A stretch of 63,645 bases of DNA, counting the filler, from Hausera hauseri (lineage: Eukaryota): assembly GCA_046269625.1 (NCBI GenBank). It is 11 parts of 11 records of this genome, joined end to end, with 100 filler letters (N's around TTAATTAATTAA, not from the genome) between each part and the next. Parts side by side here need not be neighbours in the genome. Positions count along the whole stretch, not along the records: positions 32,879 to 37,162 come from JBJURY010658108.1; positions 37,263 to 48,811 come from JBJURY010092209.1; positions 48,912 to 54,341 come from JBJURY010257070.1; 8 more parts are not named here. One strand, given 5' to 3'. Below, one piece after another: positions 36,967 through 49,454 of this stretch. The notes under the pieces were generated by a model. The model was not told where the DNA came from. It made no database searches and saw nothing but the letters and a program-made list of their open reading frames with translations. Within the stretch, counting starts at the first letter, position 1; each line of letters starts with the position of its first letter. A program made the translations under genes and the position numbers.

Positions 36967-37849
36967 CTAGGCAATTAATTCCAAATGATAAATAAATTTA
37001 ATATTCCAAGTGTTGATTTCGCTTGGTATGTAAAATCTCAGCGATTCAACAGATTCATTGATTAATTGGCAATAAGTAAGCAATATCATTTCAATAAGAA
37101 TAGTAAGATATTTTGCATTCCAATCGTACGTTATTTAAAAAACATTTAACAACGACTTCTTTNNNNNNNNNNNNNNNNNNNNNNNNNNNNNNNNNNNNNN
37201 NNNNNNTTAATTAATTAANNNNNNNNNNNNNNNNNNNNNNNNNNNNNNNNNNNNNNNNNNNNTTTTACCATATTGGAAAAGCCCTGTTTTAATATACAGT
37301 GGTGTATTGCACCGCACTAACATTGATTGCCATATAGGTCTTCGACCATGTGGATTTAAATGGAATGATTTGATTCTTCGAATAATGCATGCTCGACCGA
37401 GTTTTCGAGTTCAAATAGCTAAGTATTCGACTTGTAAGTTCGAATTCGAATATCTAACGTCATATTCCTATTCAACATTCATGACTTCCTATCCAGTCCC
37501 ACTTAATGATTTATTGATTTCCGCTTCACTGGGCTTTAAATGCAGATTTTGCTTAATTCGAAATATTGATTTTATTCCTATATAGTACATTTTCATGGAA
37601 TAATTTTTATGTATAAGGGGATTTTCATATATGAGGAATCGATTGCCGTTGTTAAATTTTTCGAATAATTCGATATTCGACATTTGAGTTCGAAAATATT
37701 CTCATTTCGGTTATCTTAGTTGAGATTCATGATCGCCCTAGTCGACTTTATATCTGTCCCCGTTAATTATATTTTCGAATTTTGAGTGCTAGGTCAAATA
37801 AATCATATGGGCATTCGCCCTCAGTTGCACTTTGGATCGATATTATGCA

Positions 37850-38580
37850 AAAATTGATCAATAAATCTAAATTTTAACTGCACATTCGTTTACTGCCCCA
37901 TGAGTATGTTTGATTGCACCCGGTCACATGCCCTAATAACCAATATTGGAAATATTGGAAAACCGATATTATTGATTTTTGCACACCTGCACGTGTTTCT
38001 GCACTGCACAGTGTATATTAAGATGCATCTCGACATGCTCTGTCCATTAGCACTTGGTTCCGATCAATTCCATTAACTCTAGGCCGTACAGCTACAAAAG
38101 TGTAAAAAGTGCAAATGTTCCATGGAAAGGGTACCTAACAGCACCTCCACAATGAGTATTTCTCGATCGGTAGTGCACAGAGTGCACTACCGACTAATAC
38201 ATGTGACATGACGATTTTATCGATTTTTATTTTATAGCGGAAAGGCTTATGGGATGTCGGTCTCAGTTGCCATTTATTCGAAAACCAATTGATCGATTTA
38301 AATATTAACTGCACATTCATTTAGAGAATCGATTTTGCACTCGATTGCACCCGGTACCGAGTGACAATCATCAATATTGGAAATATCGGAAACCGATATT
38401 ATTGACTTTGGCACATTTGCACATGTGTATCACACCTGCTAGTGCACTAATCAAATCAATACAGCATTATGCAGCGATCAATATATGCAAAGTGTAAAAG
38501 TGCTATAGCAACCGGGTGTACTATCAATTAGCACATGTGAAATATTGATTTTATCGATTACCCCCACATGGGAGTGGTGA
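37850..38580. repeat. Direct repeat with ~430-bp period, ending in a motif shared with 266-283
   Basis: TTAACTGCACATTC..GATTGCACCCGGT..CAATATTGGAAATAT..AAACCGATATTATTGA..GCACA occurs at ~37870-37995 and ~38303-38428. Confidence 0.75.
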
Positions 38581-38605
38581 GAACCGGTATTTTCCCCTTT
38601 TTTTC

Positions 38606-39861
38606 AGGTTTAATTGCGCTATGTTTAAATAGCTCTTGTGAAAAACTGCGAAATGTTTTGTTTATTTATTTTTGAATTTTATAGTTCTGCTATTTCAATT
38701 TGGTGATTCACAACTGGTTTTGCCATCGCAATTAACGTGAAGTTAAAAAAGTGTGAAGATGATTCTAAGAAAATTATTCAATTTTTCTTAAACAATAAGC
38801 AAGAGTAAAAGTTTTTGAAGATGTATGATGTAAAAAGAGAACAATTCAGAAAGTATTAAAATGTTATGCTGATACTGTTAAAGTTGAATACTCAAAGAAT
38901 TCAGGTCCACAAAAATCTATATTAACTGCTAATGAGCTGAAGAAGATTAAAAACCATTGTATACGTAAGCCAAACACCAGTAAACATTCAACATCATCTA
39001 AATTCCCAAATATCTAAAACTAGTGTTGTGAATGAAGCAAAGAAATTAAGAATTAACCTAGAAAGAAGGTCCCTTGTCTAAAATATGTAAAAAATTACAA
39101 AGAACAAGCTAAAGGATCTTTTTGAAGACGTAAAAACTTTCGGTTCCGTCTGATGGTAAAAGGTTTTTCGTTATTTACGATAAAACGTACTCTGCAGTTG
39201 ATCCATCTCAGATGATGAATACAACATTAGGTTGGTGATTGTGAAATTGATATTCAAGCTGAAACAAAGAAAAAGTTTAACCTTTATGCTAAATATTTAG
39301 TGTGGCAAGCGATTGCGCAGGATGGTTAAGTTTCTGAACCTTACGTCACATCTCGAACGATGAACAAGCAAGTTTACGTAGAAGAATGTGTCAGGAAGCA
39401 TCTAGTCCCATTCATAAACAAACTGAAACAAGATTACGAAATAATCTTCTGAACAGATATGACTAGCTCACATTACGCCCAAATTATATATAGATAAAAT
39501 TGACTATGTAACCAAAGAGAGAATTACACCAGCTGTACCTAACTTAAGACTAACAGAACGTTTATTGGCATTGTGCTAGAAAAAGAACATAGGGTTGTAC
39601 AATGGATGTAACACAATTCGTAAATTCAAGAATGCTTGGATGAAAATTTCGAAGGACGTAGCGGAGAAAAGTGATGATAATCTGTTTATACATCTGAAAC
39701 ATAATCTGTAAGATGGTTGTCATAAACGGCTGTAGTTTTATTGAAATCTAATAAACATTTTTGTATTCTTTTTATTTCAGAAGAACGCTTTTAATTATTT
39801 CTTACAGTTCAGATTTTATTTACTATTGAATATAGCACAATTAAACCTTGACCACCCTCTA
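38606..39861 (+). mobile_element. IS630-Tc1-mariner element of DD37E (ITmD37E-like) type, degenerate, with TIRs
   Basis: Left AGGTTTAATTGCGCTATGTTTAAATAG matches the reverse complement of the right end (TAGAGGGTGGTCAAGGTTTAATTGTGCTATATTCAATAG). Transposase AKYLVWQAIAQDG*VSEPYVTSRTMNKQVYVEECVRKHLVPFI..F*TDMTSSHYA corresponds to the KYLVWQAI..FWPDLASCHY motif. Confidence 0.8.
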
Positions 39862-40752
39862 TGCACTTTGTTTCGCGATATGTTAGAACATTAAATACTC
39901 GACGATCAATTAGATTTTTACCTTTTCAAAAATTTTAGTCCAATTTTAATTTAACGTTTTAACCTTGACAATTCACAACAATTACTCAAAAATGAAATAA
40001 TAAAAATACCTCTTAATGTTGTGAATACAATAAAATAGTAAAATACAATCAATTTGTCCAACGATGAAATGAGATTGTCACAATTACTATACAAATCTTT
40101 ATACCAAAAGCATTAATTGTTTTTGTAATCTTGTAGTTGTTTTTCGTAGCTGTTAGGACCATAACTTCATAAATTTTCTGATTTTGACAACAAAGTTATA
40201 AAGATTTTCCGAAAATATGTCTGTTATATACCTATAAGGAAATATTAACAATGAATATTAAGATTAATTACAGAGGGGGTGATTGTTTGATTGTTTGGTT
40301 GTGTAAGAGAATGTTTGCGTTATTTCATAATTTGTAAATTTATATGATTATAAGTGTTTCGGTACAAATGTACATAATCCCCAAGGCGTGTGTATGTCTT
40401 TATTCTGAATTTTATTACCAATAAAAGTGAAATGACTGCCGTAATCCGTTTTTTAAATATCATAAAGCTTTATCTGTCACGTCATTGACACAGCTGTCGA
40501 ATAAATGCATGCCATCAACAAACCCACATGCAAGCATACTGAAACAAACATACAAATCCATATTGTGTAACAAGCAATAAAAAGTAATTAGACACAAATT
40601 TACATTATATAATTTTATTGACATCTTCACAATGGTTTTAATATTATTCCAAATCGCAAGTCCTAGTTGTTGAGAAACGAATTAAAAATGAAAGTCACAC
40701 GGAATGCAACTGGAAATTTTGTTCAACGGTAGACATGAAAATATTTCAAATA

Positions 40753-40840
40753 AATAATATTGTATATTAAATCGAATGCCCAAGATGTTTTATTGGTAGT
40801 ACAATACGGAAAGTACATACTAAAATTGCGGAACATTTCA
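40753..40840 (+). mobile_element. Penelope-like element GIY-YIG endonuclease remnant
   Basis: NNIVY*IECPRCFIGSTIRKVHTKIAEHF fits the PLE VVY.I.C..C..YIG.T.R.L..RI.EH pattern. Confidence 0.65.
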
Positions 40841-42181
40841 AATCATAATAGACATTTAAAATCATGCATCATCGGAAACTTTAAACCAGAATATATTCAT
40901 ATTGTCAAAGGAAGGAATTCACAGATTGAAATACAACATTATTTCCATATTTAAAGTATCCAAAAGATTTGCCAATTGAATCATAATATATATAGATATA
41001 ATTGTAACAAAGTAACGAAATAAATTGCAATAAAACAACAAACGTGATATATCAACGATAGGAGTGATAAACCTAAGACAGATACGGAAAACGACAAACA
41101 ACAAAAACATTGTAGTATGAACAAGACAGGAAAAATCGAATGACGAATATGTCAAGTGAAAATTTGTCTGGTGCTTATCGAACGTCTTTGTTTTTATTTT
41201 ATGTATTTATATGTAATTATCAAATATTTAATTGCATCTCTAAAAATTAAAACTATTCCTCGTGAGTTCCTTCATCATTCTGTATAAATGGGATAACAAA
41301 GTGAATATAATTATATGGAGGGACAGAATCCAATGAATTCACTAATTTATTGGTAAAATATGTTAAATAAAATTTGTAAATTTTGTTCAGTGATTTAAAT
41401 CATATCATATGAAAATATACGTTTATAAAAATTTTTTCATTTTGATATTTTATTATTCAGCAATGAACTTAACCGTATAGCATCACCCGGATTAGCAATT
41501 AAGGTAGATTCATTCAAGACATTAAACGAAAATATCATGAAATTGATCAAAAACATATGCCCTATAACAAGTAAGGATTTTATTTCAATATATATATCAT
41601 TTTGAATATTTGAACAACAAAAGTGCTTTCACTTAAATAATCGAAAGTGTTTGGAGAGTTGTAAAAATAGTTTGGAAACGTTTCGTGGGAAAATGTAATA
41701 ATTTTATAATGACTCGAATTTGGTTTTGAAAATTATATTTGTATGGAATGCTTCGATCTTTTCACAGCCCATCGACAGTTAAAAACAATATAAATAAACC
41801 AAATTACATTCTTCGATATCAAAAGTTGTTTTCACATAAATTAAAAAGAATCAAACGTTAATATCTACCACAATAGTTGCATGTGAAACTCCTTGAATGA
41901 GGAACTCAAAACGTTATTGGAATATTCAATTAGAATATTTAAATTTGGTAAAAAGCAATGCATCCTTAATTACTCAACGATGTATTTCTCAATATTTACC
42001 ATTTTATACTTGAACATGGCACTGAAGCGGCTGATATATGTCCCTCAATTATATTTTCAGATAATTATAACCGAGTCCCAGCCCTTTTAATTTTAATAAG
42101 CGGTTTTTATCTACATTAAATAAATACAGTCGTTCGCATTTAGTAACACCAAATTTGGTATTTATGAAAGGCTGACATAAA

Positions 42182-42275
42182 AATAAATCTAAATATAGTA
42201 AAGTAAATGAATAAAATAATGAAAATAAATTTTTCTCATTACTTTATTTATTTCTCTACTATATTTAGATTTATT
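42182..42275. repeat. 94-bp imperfect AT-rich palindrome (MITE-like foldback)
   Basis: AATAAATCTAAATATAGTA... pairs with ...TACTATATTTAGATTTATT; the inner arms also pair, with a few mismatches. Confidence 0.8.
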
Positions 42276-43650
42276 AAAGCAAGTTTCATTTACCACAAGA
42301 AAATATTATATGCCCATACACTCACAACCAAACACGTTTAATAGCATACTTAAAAAAGATTTTAGTGAAATTTAATAAAACTGACACTGGATGATATAAA
42401 ATTTTACTTACCAACATCTGTGAAAATTAATAAAATTGAAATAATTTTAAGGCACGAAAAATAAATTACTATTTTTCCAGTTAATAGCATACCTTTATAT
42501 AGCAACACACGCACATGCAGACAGACAATTTTGCATAGAGACACAGACAAGATAAACACACATGAATTTTCGAGCATTTAATGGCATGCCTACATTTTTT
42601 GGAAATTGCATATTTTACTATTATTATCACTTTATTTAAATGTGGCAAACATTGTTATTGAAAATTTAGGAGATATTTTGTGTTCTAAACCATGTTACAT
42701 CGAAATTCTTTCAAACTTGACTTTCAATGAAAAATGAAATTTCATATTTATCATAAAATACCAATGATATTTTGTCAGAAAATGATTGAAAATACTCAAA
42801 AATAATTTGGAACAAAAATCAGTTGAAAAATGTTGATGAAAGGTTTTTGAGATTTTCACCATTTAAAATTAATCTAGTAGTTTTATAAATACATGAAAAT
42901 ATTGAAGTGCTTTTTGACTGATATTTCATCCTACATGTAAATGCTTTCAAAACGTCAAAAAATAATTATTGAAAACTAAACTAAAACAAAATTCTGGTAA
43001 AGTATGTCTAAATTAGACATAAAACATACAATAAAACAAAAAATAACATATTTTTATGAACAAATAATTCCATGGAATTGCTAAATATTCATTCTAGAAA
43101 TTAAATACGAAAAGCTGCTTAGAAAGAAATAAATAATCAAAAATATGCAAAAACCTGGAAAATTCAGGTGTGTAATTAAATACCCGGTACTGTAGTTTTT
43201 CTTGACTAATACACATACATGAATAGAAATAGTGCAGAGAAAACCATAAATGTATTTATTGAACTATAGACGTAGTGGCGTAATATAGTTCCAAGAATAA
43301 AAAATATTTAAGTGTAATTTTTCATGATACAACTTTATATATAAATACATATCCTTGTATAAAATCGAAAAATATACCGTCCTGCATATTTGATTTTTTT
43401 AAAAAATGGATTACTTAATATACCAAGGTCACTACACACATCGTAAAGTTATATTATTACTTAGGTAGTGGTCGAGGGTAAATCACTAATTAATCAAAAA
43501 TAAATAATACTGAACACTAAAATTATATTGATATGAATAAATACTCCAAGAAATATACACAAATAGAATGATACAAATCAAATAGATAGAATAACGTTGA
43601 TATAAATCAAATAGACTTCAACCAGCTACCAGTCAGTAATTGTAACTTTC

Positions 43651-43785
43651 CACAAAGATAGTAATAATAAATTAACTTGCAACAAAGACAGTAATAATAA
43701 ATTAACTTGCCACAAAGACAGTAATAATAAATTAACTTGCCACAAAGACAGTAATAATAAATTAATTTGCCACAAAAACAGCAAT
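43651..43785. repeat. 30-bp minisatellite, 4.5 copies
   Basis: CACAAAGACAGTAATAATAAATTAACTTGC at 43651, 43681, 43711 and 43741, partial at 43771. No spacers. Confidence 0.95.
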
Positions 43786-44189
43786 TTAACTCCGGATTAC
43801 CGGGAAGAAATGTTCCATTCTACTGAATTTAACGTCAGTATTTATAGCTGAATTTTAACTGACCTAGCGAGTCTCAGCGAATCAGAGACAAAGCTAATCT
43901 AATTTCTAAATTTACTTAGTTTAAACAAATTGACTGAAACTCGCATAGATTTTAATTTTAAAGGGTGGTTTGAACTTATTCATTCTGGACCTAATGTATT
44001 AACACTCTAATTTAAAATTAACTGATGAATTTTAGAATTAATTTTTTACTGATTAATTTTAGGTTACATTCCTAACAGTTATACACACTAACGTACACCA
44101 ACATAAAATGAAAATTATGAACTTTTTCTTACAGTGGTAACTATGGAAAATTTCTAGCAATTATAAACTTTAACACTTATCCAAGAAAT

Positions 44190-44496
44190 ATATTTAGTAA
44201 TGTCCATGCAATACGGTAAGTGAATGTTGATAATGAAGTCGATTATATACAACACGATGATGATGTGATTGCTGTTCAATTTGGGAAACTAACGATTACG
44301 GGTAATAAAACCCGAGCGGATCGAGTACCTCGACGACGGTCGGATGTACGTACATCGCAATCCAATGTTCGCCCCGTAATGATGAACTGCGTGTATTGAC
44401 TATGAAACCTTCGCCACCGCCATTTTGTCTTAAGTCACGTGGCACACGGTTCAGTGGAAACAGCGCGGTATTTCGCATCCAAGGGCAGTTTTTCAT
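44190..44496 (-). pseudogene. Adenain-like cysteine protease (Polinton PRO)
   Basis: FPLNRVP..GFIVNTRSSSLRGEHWIAMYV...VEVLDPLG (N-T-x-x-x-x-x-G-x-H-W and D-x-x-G motifs). The C-terminal half is disrupted. Confidence 0.85.
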
Positions 44497-44540
44497 AGTG
44501 AGTGAGTTCAGTTGAGCTAAACGTAAAACGTGATTTAATC

Positions 44541-45860
44541 CTAATAGTAATAATGGTAATAAATTACTTCATGGTACAAAGAGGAGGAAGAAGAAGAAGA
44601 AGGTTTTATTTGAACAATGATGGTTCCGTTTTTCATTATTTCAACCTCGGTATCAAATACACCGTAAATATACATCACGGTAGATTGCTCCAATGCTTTA
44701 GCAAAGTGAACCTCCAATTGTAGGTTTCCCTGCTGAGGTAATTGAGCCTGCTCAACGTCATAGTCAGGAGCCAGAACAAATGTGAAGAATGGATAGGTGG
44801 ACTTGAACAAATCCATAGATATGCCATTGTTGATATTTTTGTTGAGCAAACCCATGTTGCACACGATAGATTGCATATATGTGTAAACGTAATCGCCGGT
44901 CTTATAATCCTGCTGGTATGTCTCAACGAAATCCGCATTTCAACTCAAGCTGATGTAATTTACACTGCTATTGGTAAAGGTTTCCGAATCGGTAATATAA
45001 CTTCCCGTTTGTTGAACAGTCGTTTGAAATGTAACGAGCACAAATTTCGTCAATCGCATGTCGACAAACAGTGCATCTTTGTAAAACGTAGCGAAACCTT
45101 TCAGTATGATGCAAAAGACGAGTTCTGTGAGTTGCACCGGGTAACACGCATTTTGTCTTTCCAAGCCCAATCGAAGTTCCATGAGCACAGATGGTTCAAC
45201 CTTTACTCGACGTATGTATAATCGTACCTCGGTAATTTCCAGTATGGGTTTAAGCTGTGCAACGGCAGTTTTTAAACAAAAGACGTTGTTGCTACGTTTG
45301 AGCTGAATCATGGCTTTAGCACCGGAAAGTAGGTATTTCGGCTAATTAAAAAAGTCAAAATAAAGCGGTCCACACATTGTAAGTGGTTTTGATTCTGCCA
45401 CCCATGCCTGACGGTTTGCAGCAGTGGCGTAATATCCGATGGTTTTCGTCAAATGAGTCGTTTTTGTGTTTATGCTGTAATTCAGAGCCGTTTCAATGAG
45501 TGCTTTGATAATGTATAGACTGGTGTCGCCTTTGATTTTGACGCTGTTCAGAGTTAAGGAAGCTTCCTGGAACCTTGTGAGAAAAAAGTAATTGGCCAGT
45601 GTGACAGTGTCTGTTGCAGCGGGAACCGTTTATGCATCTTTTTTGACAATGACTTTTACATAAAGTAGCGTATCGTTCAAATACAGGTATTCATTGTCCG
45701 ATGTCATAATGTTGAATTGAATGTCAATGATATCATCCGTTGAAACCGAATCAGCGGGGTAGATTTCTTCAAATGTCGCATTGTCAAGAACAATTTTTAG
45801 GACTACTTTGATGAATATACACAATTCAGATTTTGCAGATGTCATTTGTCTATTTGTCAA
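44541..45860 (-). pseudogene. Polinton major capsid protein (PY)
   Basis: AKSELCIF..FEEIYP..IQFNI..EYLYLNDTLLYVK; PLYFDFFN*PKYLLSG..IQLKRS..FCL; LYIRRVKV.PSV; GNLQLEVHFAKAL..VMYIYGVFD. Confidence 0.88.
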
Positions 45861-45954
45861 TCAATCGATCGAAAATCTTACGAGGGCGAAGTTTGTTTAT
45901 AGTTAATGAGCTCGATGATGATCTATGGCGTTTTCTCAAGCCACTGCCAGCGAA

Positions 45955-46222
45955 TTATTTCTTGACCGACTCAACGACTCCCGGTTCAGCGCTTTTTATT
46001 TCTGACAAGGCGTGTTTTATCAATGATGGTAAAATCGATTTGTTTTCATATAGTGCGTCCTGTGCTGTTTTTGCTGCCACGACGCCAACACGCTTCAATA
46101 CCGGAAATGCTAAACATTCCAATGTACGCAACCATCCAGAGCCATACTGTTTAACAAAGAAATATGGCAATTCACCGCCCTTCTGGGGTTTACTGTAAAT
46201 GGAAACGAATTCAGAATCAATC
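45955..46222 (-). pseudogene. Small basic Polinton ORF with Q-x-G-x-G motifs (core/cement-like protein)
   Basis: YSKPQKGGELPYFFVKQYGSGWLRTL..LAFPVLKRVG..AAKTAQDAL; sits in its usual position immediately before the MCP. Confidence 0.65.
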
Positions 46223-47287
46223 TTGTTGAATTCGACGGAAATGAAGAGTTAGACTGGTTGTGGTACCGTACGGAAATTCAATAAGGTAGCCCGTGTCACA
46301 TCGGATATTCACTTCAACATTGTTTATAGATGTAGATGCCACAGGTAGGTACATTGGAATATCGAGCTTGACAGTGACATTGTCGCCAGTAGTATATCTG
46401 CTGCTTTCCGGATAAAATGCACGGAGTAGCGATACACGTATTCCACCGACCAAAATCGGTTCGGTGACGTACACGTAAATGTTCCTTTGACTTAGACCAG
46501 TTTTCAGTTTGGTTTTATGTGTTGCAACATGTGCCGTCGCCGCCGTCGATGCCTCAAACCGCTGATTTGCAAAACCCAATACCATGGCAAAAGCTTTGTC
46601 CAATGAAATGTCAACAACATCCTTAGCCAGTTCAAATTTAATGTACCCATTTGCATCTGACTCGAAAACATTAAATATCGCCTTGTACTTTTGATTTGAA
46701 GAAGAAAAGTGTTGACAGAGCTGTGCTACAGATTCGCAATAGACATGGTCTCCAATGGATACGTATGACGTTGACACCCTTGCTGTTGTATAGGTAAATT
46801 TCACCGTTGTTTGCTAATATACGGAACTTAATCTATGAGCAACTATTTTCACTTTTAATATTTGTACCTTTGTGCTCTGTATTTTTGAATCCCAATTTCT
46901 GCACCATCTCAGGACTGAAAGGTAACAGTAAATGCAAAATCTGTCATAAAATGTAAGTATTCCCATAAAATATAAACGCCGATCTTGCCGAATATACCGT
47001 AATTTTCTTTGGTCGTGCAAAAGCCCGAGTCTCCAGTTGTTATTTTATTGTTAGTAAGTGTCATAGAACAAGAATGTTTTGGTTTTAGTAACAGTCTTGT
47101 ACGTTATTTTCATACTACCTTTCAATATCACCAGTGTGTAAGGAAAGTTAAATTCAGTTAGTGCAACCTCCCATTTTTTAGCAGATATATCTAAAGGATT
47201 GTTCCAATCTACAACGTATTCATCGGCTGAATTGTTCGGACGAGACGTCGGACAACTGTTGCTCGGCAAAACCACGTAAATACTCAT
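46217..47287 (-). pseudogene. Polinton minor capsid (penton-like) protein, copy 2
   Basis: N-terminus IYVVLPSNSC..NNSADEY..PLDISAKKWEVALTEFNFP; C-terminus VTEPILVGGIRVSLLR..PMYLPV..INNVEVNIRCDTGYLIEF..LTLHFRR. Confidence 0.85.
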
Positions 47288-47379
47288 GATCTCGATGTTG
47301 TTGTTGTTGATGATGATAGTGATGACGCAGTTTGTTTACTATCGACGACGACGAAAATGTAGAATCAAATATGTCTTGG

Positions 47380-48345
47380 TTTGAACAGAAATTTAATGGG
47401 TTTCCAAAATTTTTCTACCATATACACTGAAATACTGTGCACAACAATGTTAGACAACTATAAATACATGGGCCGTATGATATTTACATGAGCAGTTTCG
47501 GCCGGTGTTTTGTAAGTGTCCGAATCCAGTCCAATAGAAGCCAATAGTTGTTTACGATCTCCGCCAACATATACGGATTCGGTTAGATCCGCTAAAATAT
47601 TGATTCGATAAAATGCCTTGTAGAGACGTGGTTTGTGTTTAGCAACAATGGACCATCCGCTGCCGGTTTCACCGAATTCTCGTTTCTTAAAACCCAGATT
47701 CCGTGCTAATAGTTTATCAAAGGCAAAATATGTAACATTATCGTGTAGTGTAAACGACATACGACCATCAGAGTTTGATTCAAATGCCTTGAGAGCCAAT
47801 TTAGCTACTGCCTTGATGGTTGCACACAATTCTGTTTTCGTTTCCGTAAGAAAACCAATTCCTGTTCTATAAAAGTAAAAGAATAATTCAGTCTTTTTCC
47901 GGTTCACTGTAATATCGGTGGTTTTCGCAGTGGAGAAATTCAATTTTTCACTAATTATACTCTGTCCACCGAGTTGTAGACCTTTCAAGCGCACATAGGG
48001 AGATGATTGAAAATCCCATGCCTGAGCGTCGGCTAGTGATTTAAATTACAATTCAATTGGATGTTTGTGTTTTAGCACAAATCGGCTGTTTAAATGAAAC
48101 ATAAACCGGGAAATCTTGGCACTTGTAATTGCGAATGTGAAATGTTTCATTAGAGGCTCGGACTAACTACAAACGACTAGATGCAGGAGATTGTCTTACT
48201 AAAATATAGTATATTCCACTGTTCTCACGTATTGTTATTGGTGAAAATGTAAATATGAATTCCACCAAAGACACTTCCCAAGCTACCTGGCGTAAGTCAA
48301 GTGGCTGGTCCAACGCCATGATAAACCGTTCTGATAATCTGTTAC
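47380..48345 (-). pseudogene. Polinton minor capsid (penton-like) protein, copy 1
   Basis: FIMALDQPLDLRQVAWEVSLVEFIF (~48325-48255) and LARNLGF..INILADLTESVYVGGDRKQLLASI..RPMYL. Confidence 0.8.
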
Positions 48346-48811
48346 TATCAAGTATGCATGAATAATATCCGGTAGTACATCTATCCAGCGTTTGTTGCCT
48401 TGCTTCGTAAAGAATTTGTTTAGGTGACCGTGCAATGTTTGATTAAATCGTTCAACGAGTGCAGCCTTAATTGGAAAAACACCGAGTTGTGATTTATACT
48501 GAACCGTTTCAAGACCGCTGAAACGTGGGCGACGTAGAATTCCTTACCCAAATCCGTTTGTAAATGCTTCGGTTGTTGTTGTTGTATCATAGTATGTACA
48601 GCATCGGCAATCTCTTTAGCGGATTTAGATTTCACAGAAATTGCAGATGCAAAACGACTAAACACATCAAAGCATGTCAGCACGTATCGATACCCATTAT
48701 TGATGCTGGCGTACGGAATCATTTCCATCATATTCATTTGCCATACATTATTTACACCGGCAGCACGGTATGCACGAGTTGGAAACCGCCTTCTTATCGG
48801 TTTGTTTAGGC
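48346..48811 (-). pseudogene. Polinton retroviral-like (rve) integrase, C-terminally truncated
   Basis: NNGYRYVLTCFDVFSRFA..VKSKSAKEI..PKHLQTDLGKEFY; KAALVERFNQTL; RWIDVLPDIIHAY. Confidence 0.9.
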
Positions 48812-49454
48812 NNNNNNNNNNNNNNNNNNNNNNNNNNNNNNNNNNNNNNNNNNNNTTAATTAATTAANNNNNNNNNNNNNNNNNNNNNNNNNNNNNNNNN
48901 NNNNNNNNNNNGTTTATTCGTTGGAGCGACATTTTCTTAAAGAAGGTGCATATGATGTAAATATGCAAATCTGTCAGGTGAACATTGATGTCAAATCAAA
49001 TATTCTATGATGAGTAATACAAAATTCTATGATGAGTAATAGAATTTTGTACTTGTATTACTAATTTTCATAAAAAAACGCCGACTAGCAGTAGTCTTTT
49101 ATGAGTATTTTAAAGTAAGAAGCAGCATTATGAAACTAGTTACTCCTTTTGTTGACAGTAATTATTGTAAACTACTTCCCCGCAATACAATATACTAAAT
49201 CATTGATTTTAATATTGAAGTATTTATATCTATGGTATGAGAAAATAACATTTTTAAACAAAACTCACAATAATAATATTTAGTCTTCATTGCTGTTGTG
49301 ACATTTGGCTTGACTCTTAGGCGACGCACTGGAAATCTCATTTTAATATTGCATTCTAATACTACTGATATCGACAAGTTAATATTTCATACTCACAATA
49401 ATTTAGTGATATTTTGTCCTATTACTAATTGATAAAAATTAATTTCACATTTAG

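Larger units (their letters stand above)
44190..48811 (-). mobile_element. Polinton/Maverick (adintovirus-like) segment: INT - mCP1 - mCP2 - core-like ORF - MCP - protease; decayed
   Basis: Collinear same-strand block of six recognisable Polinton genes (listed below). pPolB and the ATPase are not on this contig. Confidence 0.92.

Noticed and set aside
40355-40386. Second Penelope-type hammerhead on the minus strand (GTAC-attt-GTAC-CGAAAC)
   Set aside because: The CUGANGA box is corrupted; too degenerate to call.
43651-43785. 30-bp repeats as a CRISPR array
   Set aside because: Head-to-tail units with no spacers, no cas genes, and a eukaryotic context.
49002-49051. 18-bp duplication with an overlapping 13-bp hairpin
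   Set aside because: Real but small; consistent with a local slippage or repair scar, with no further support.
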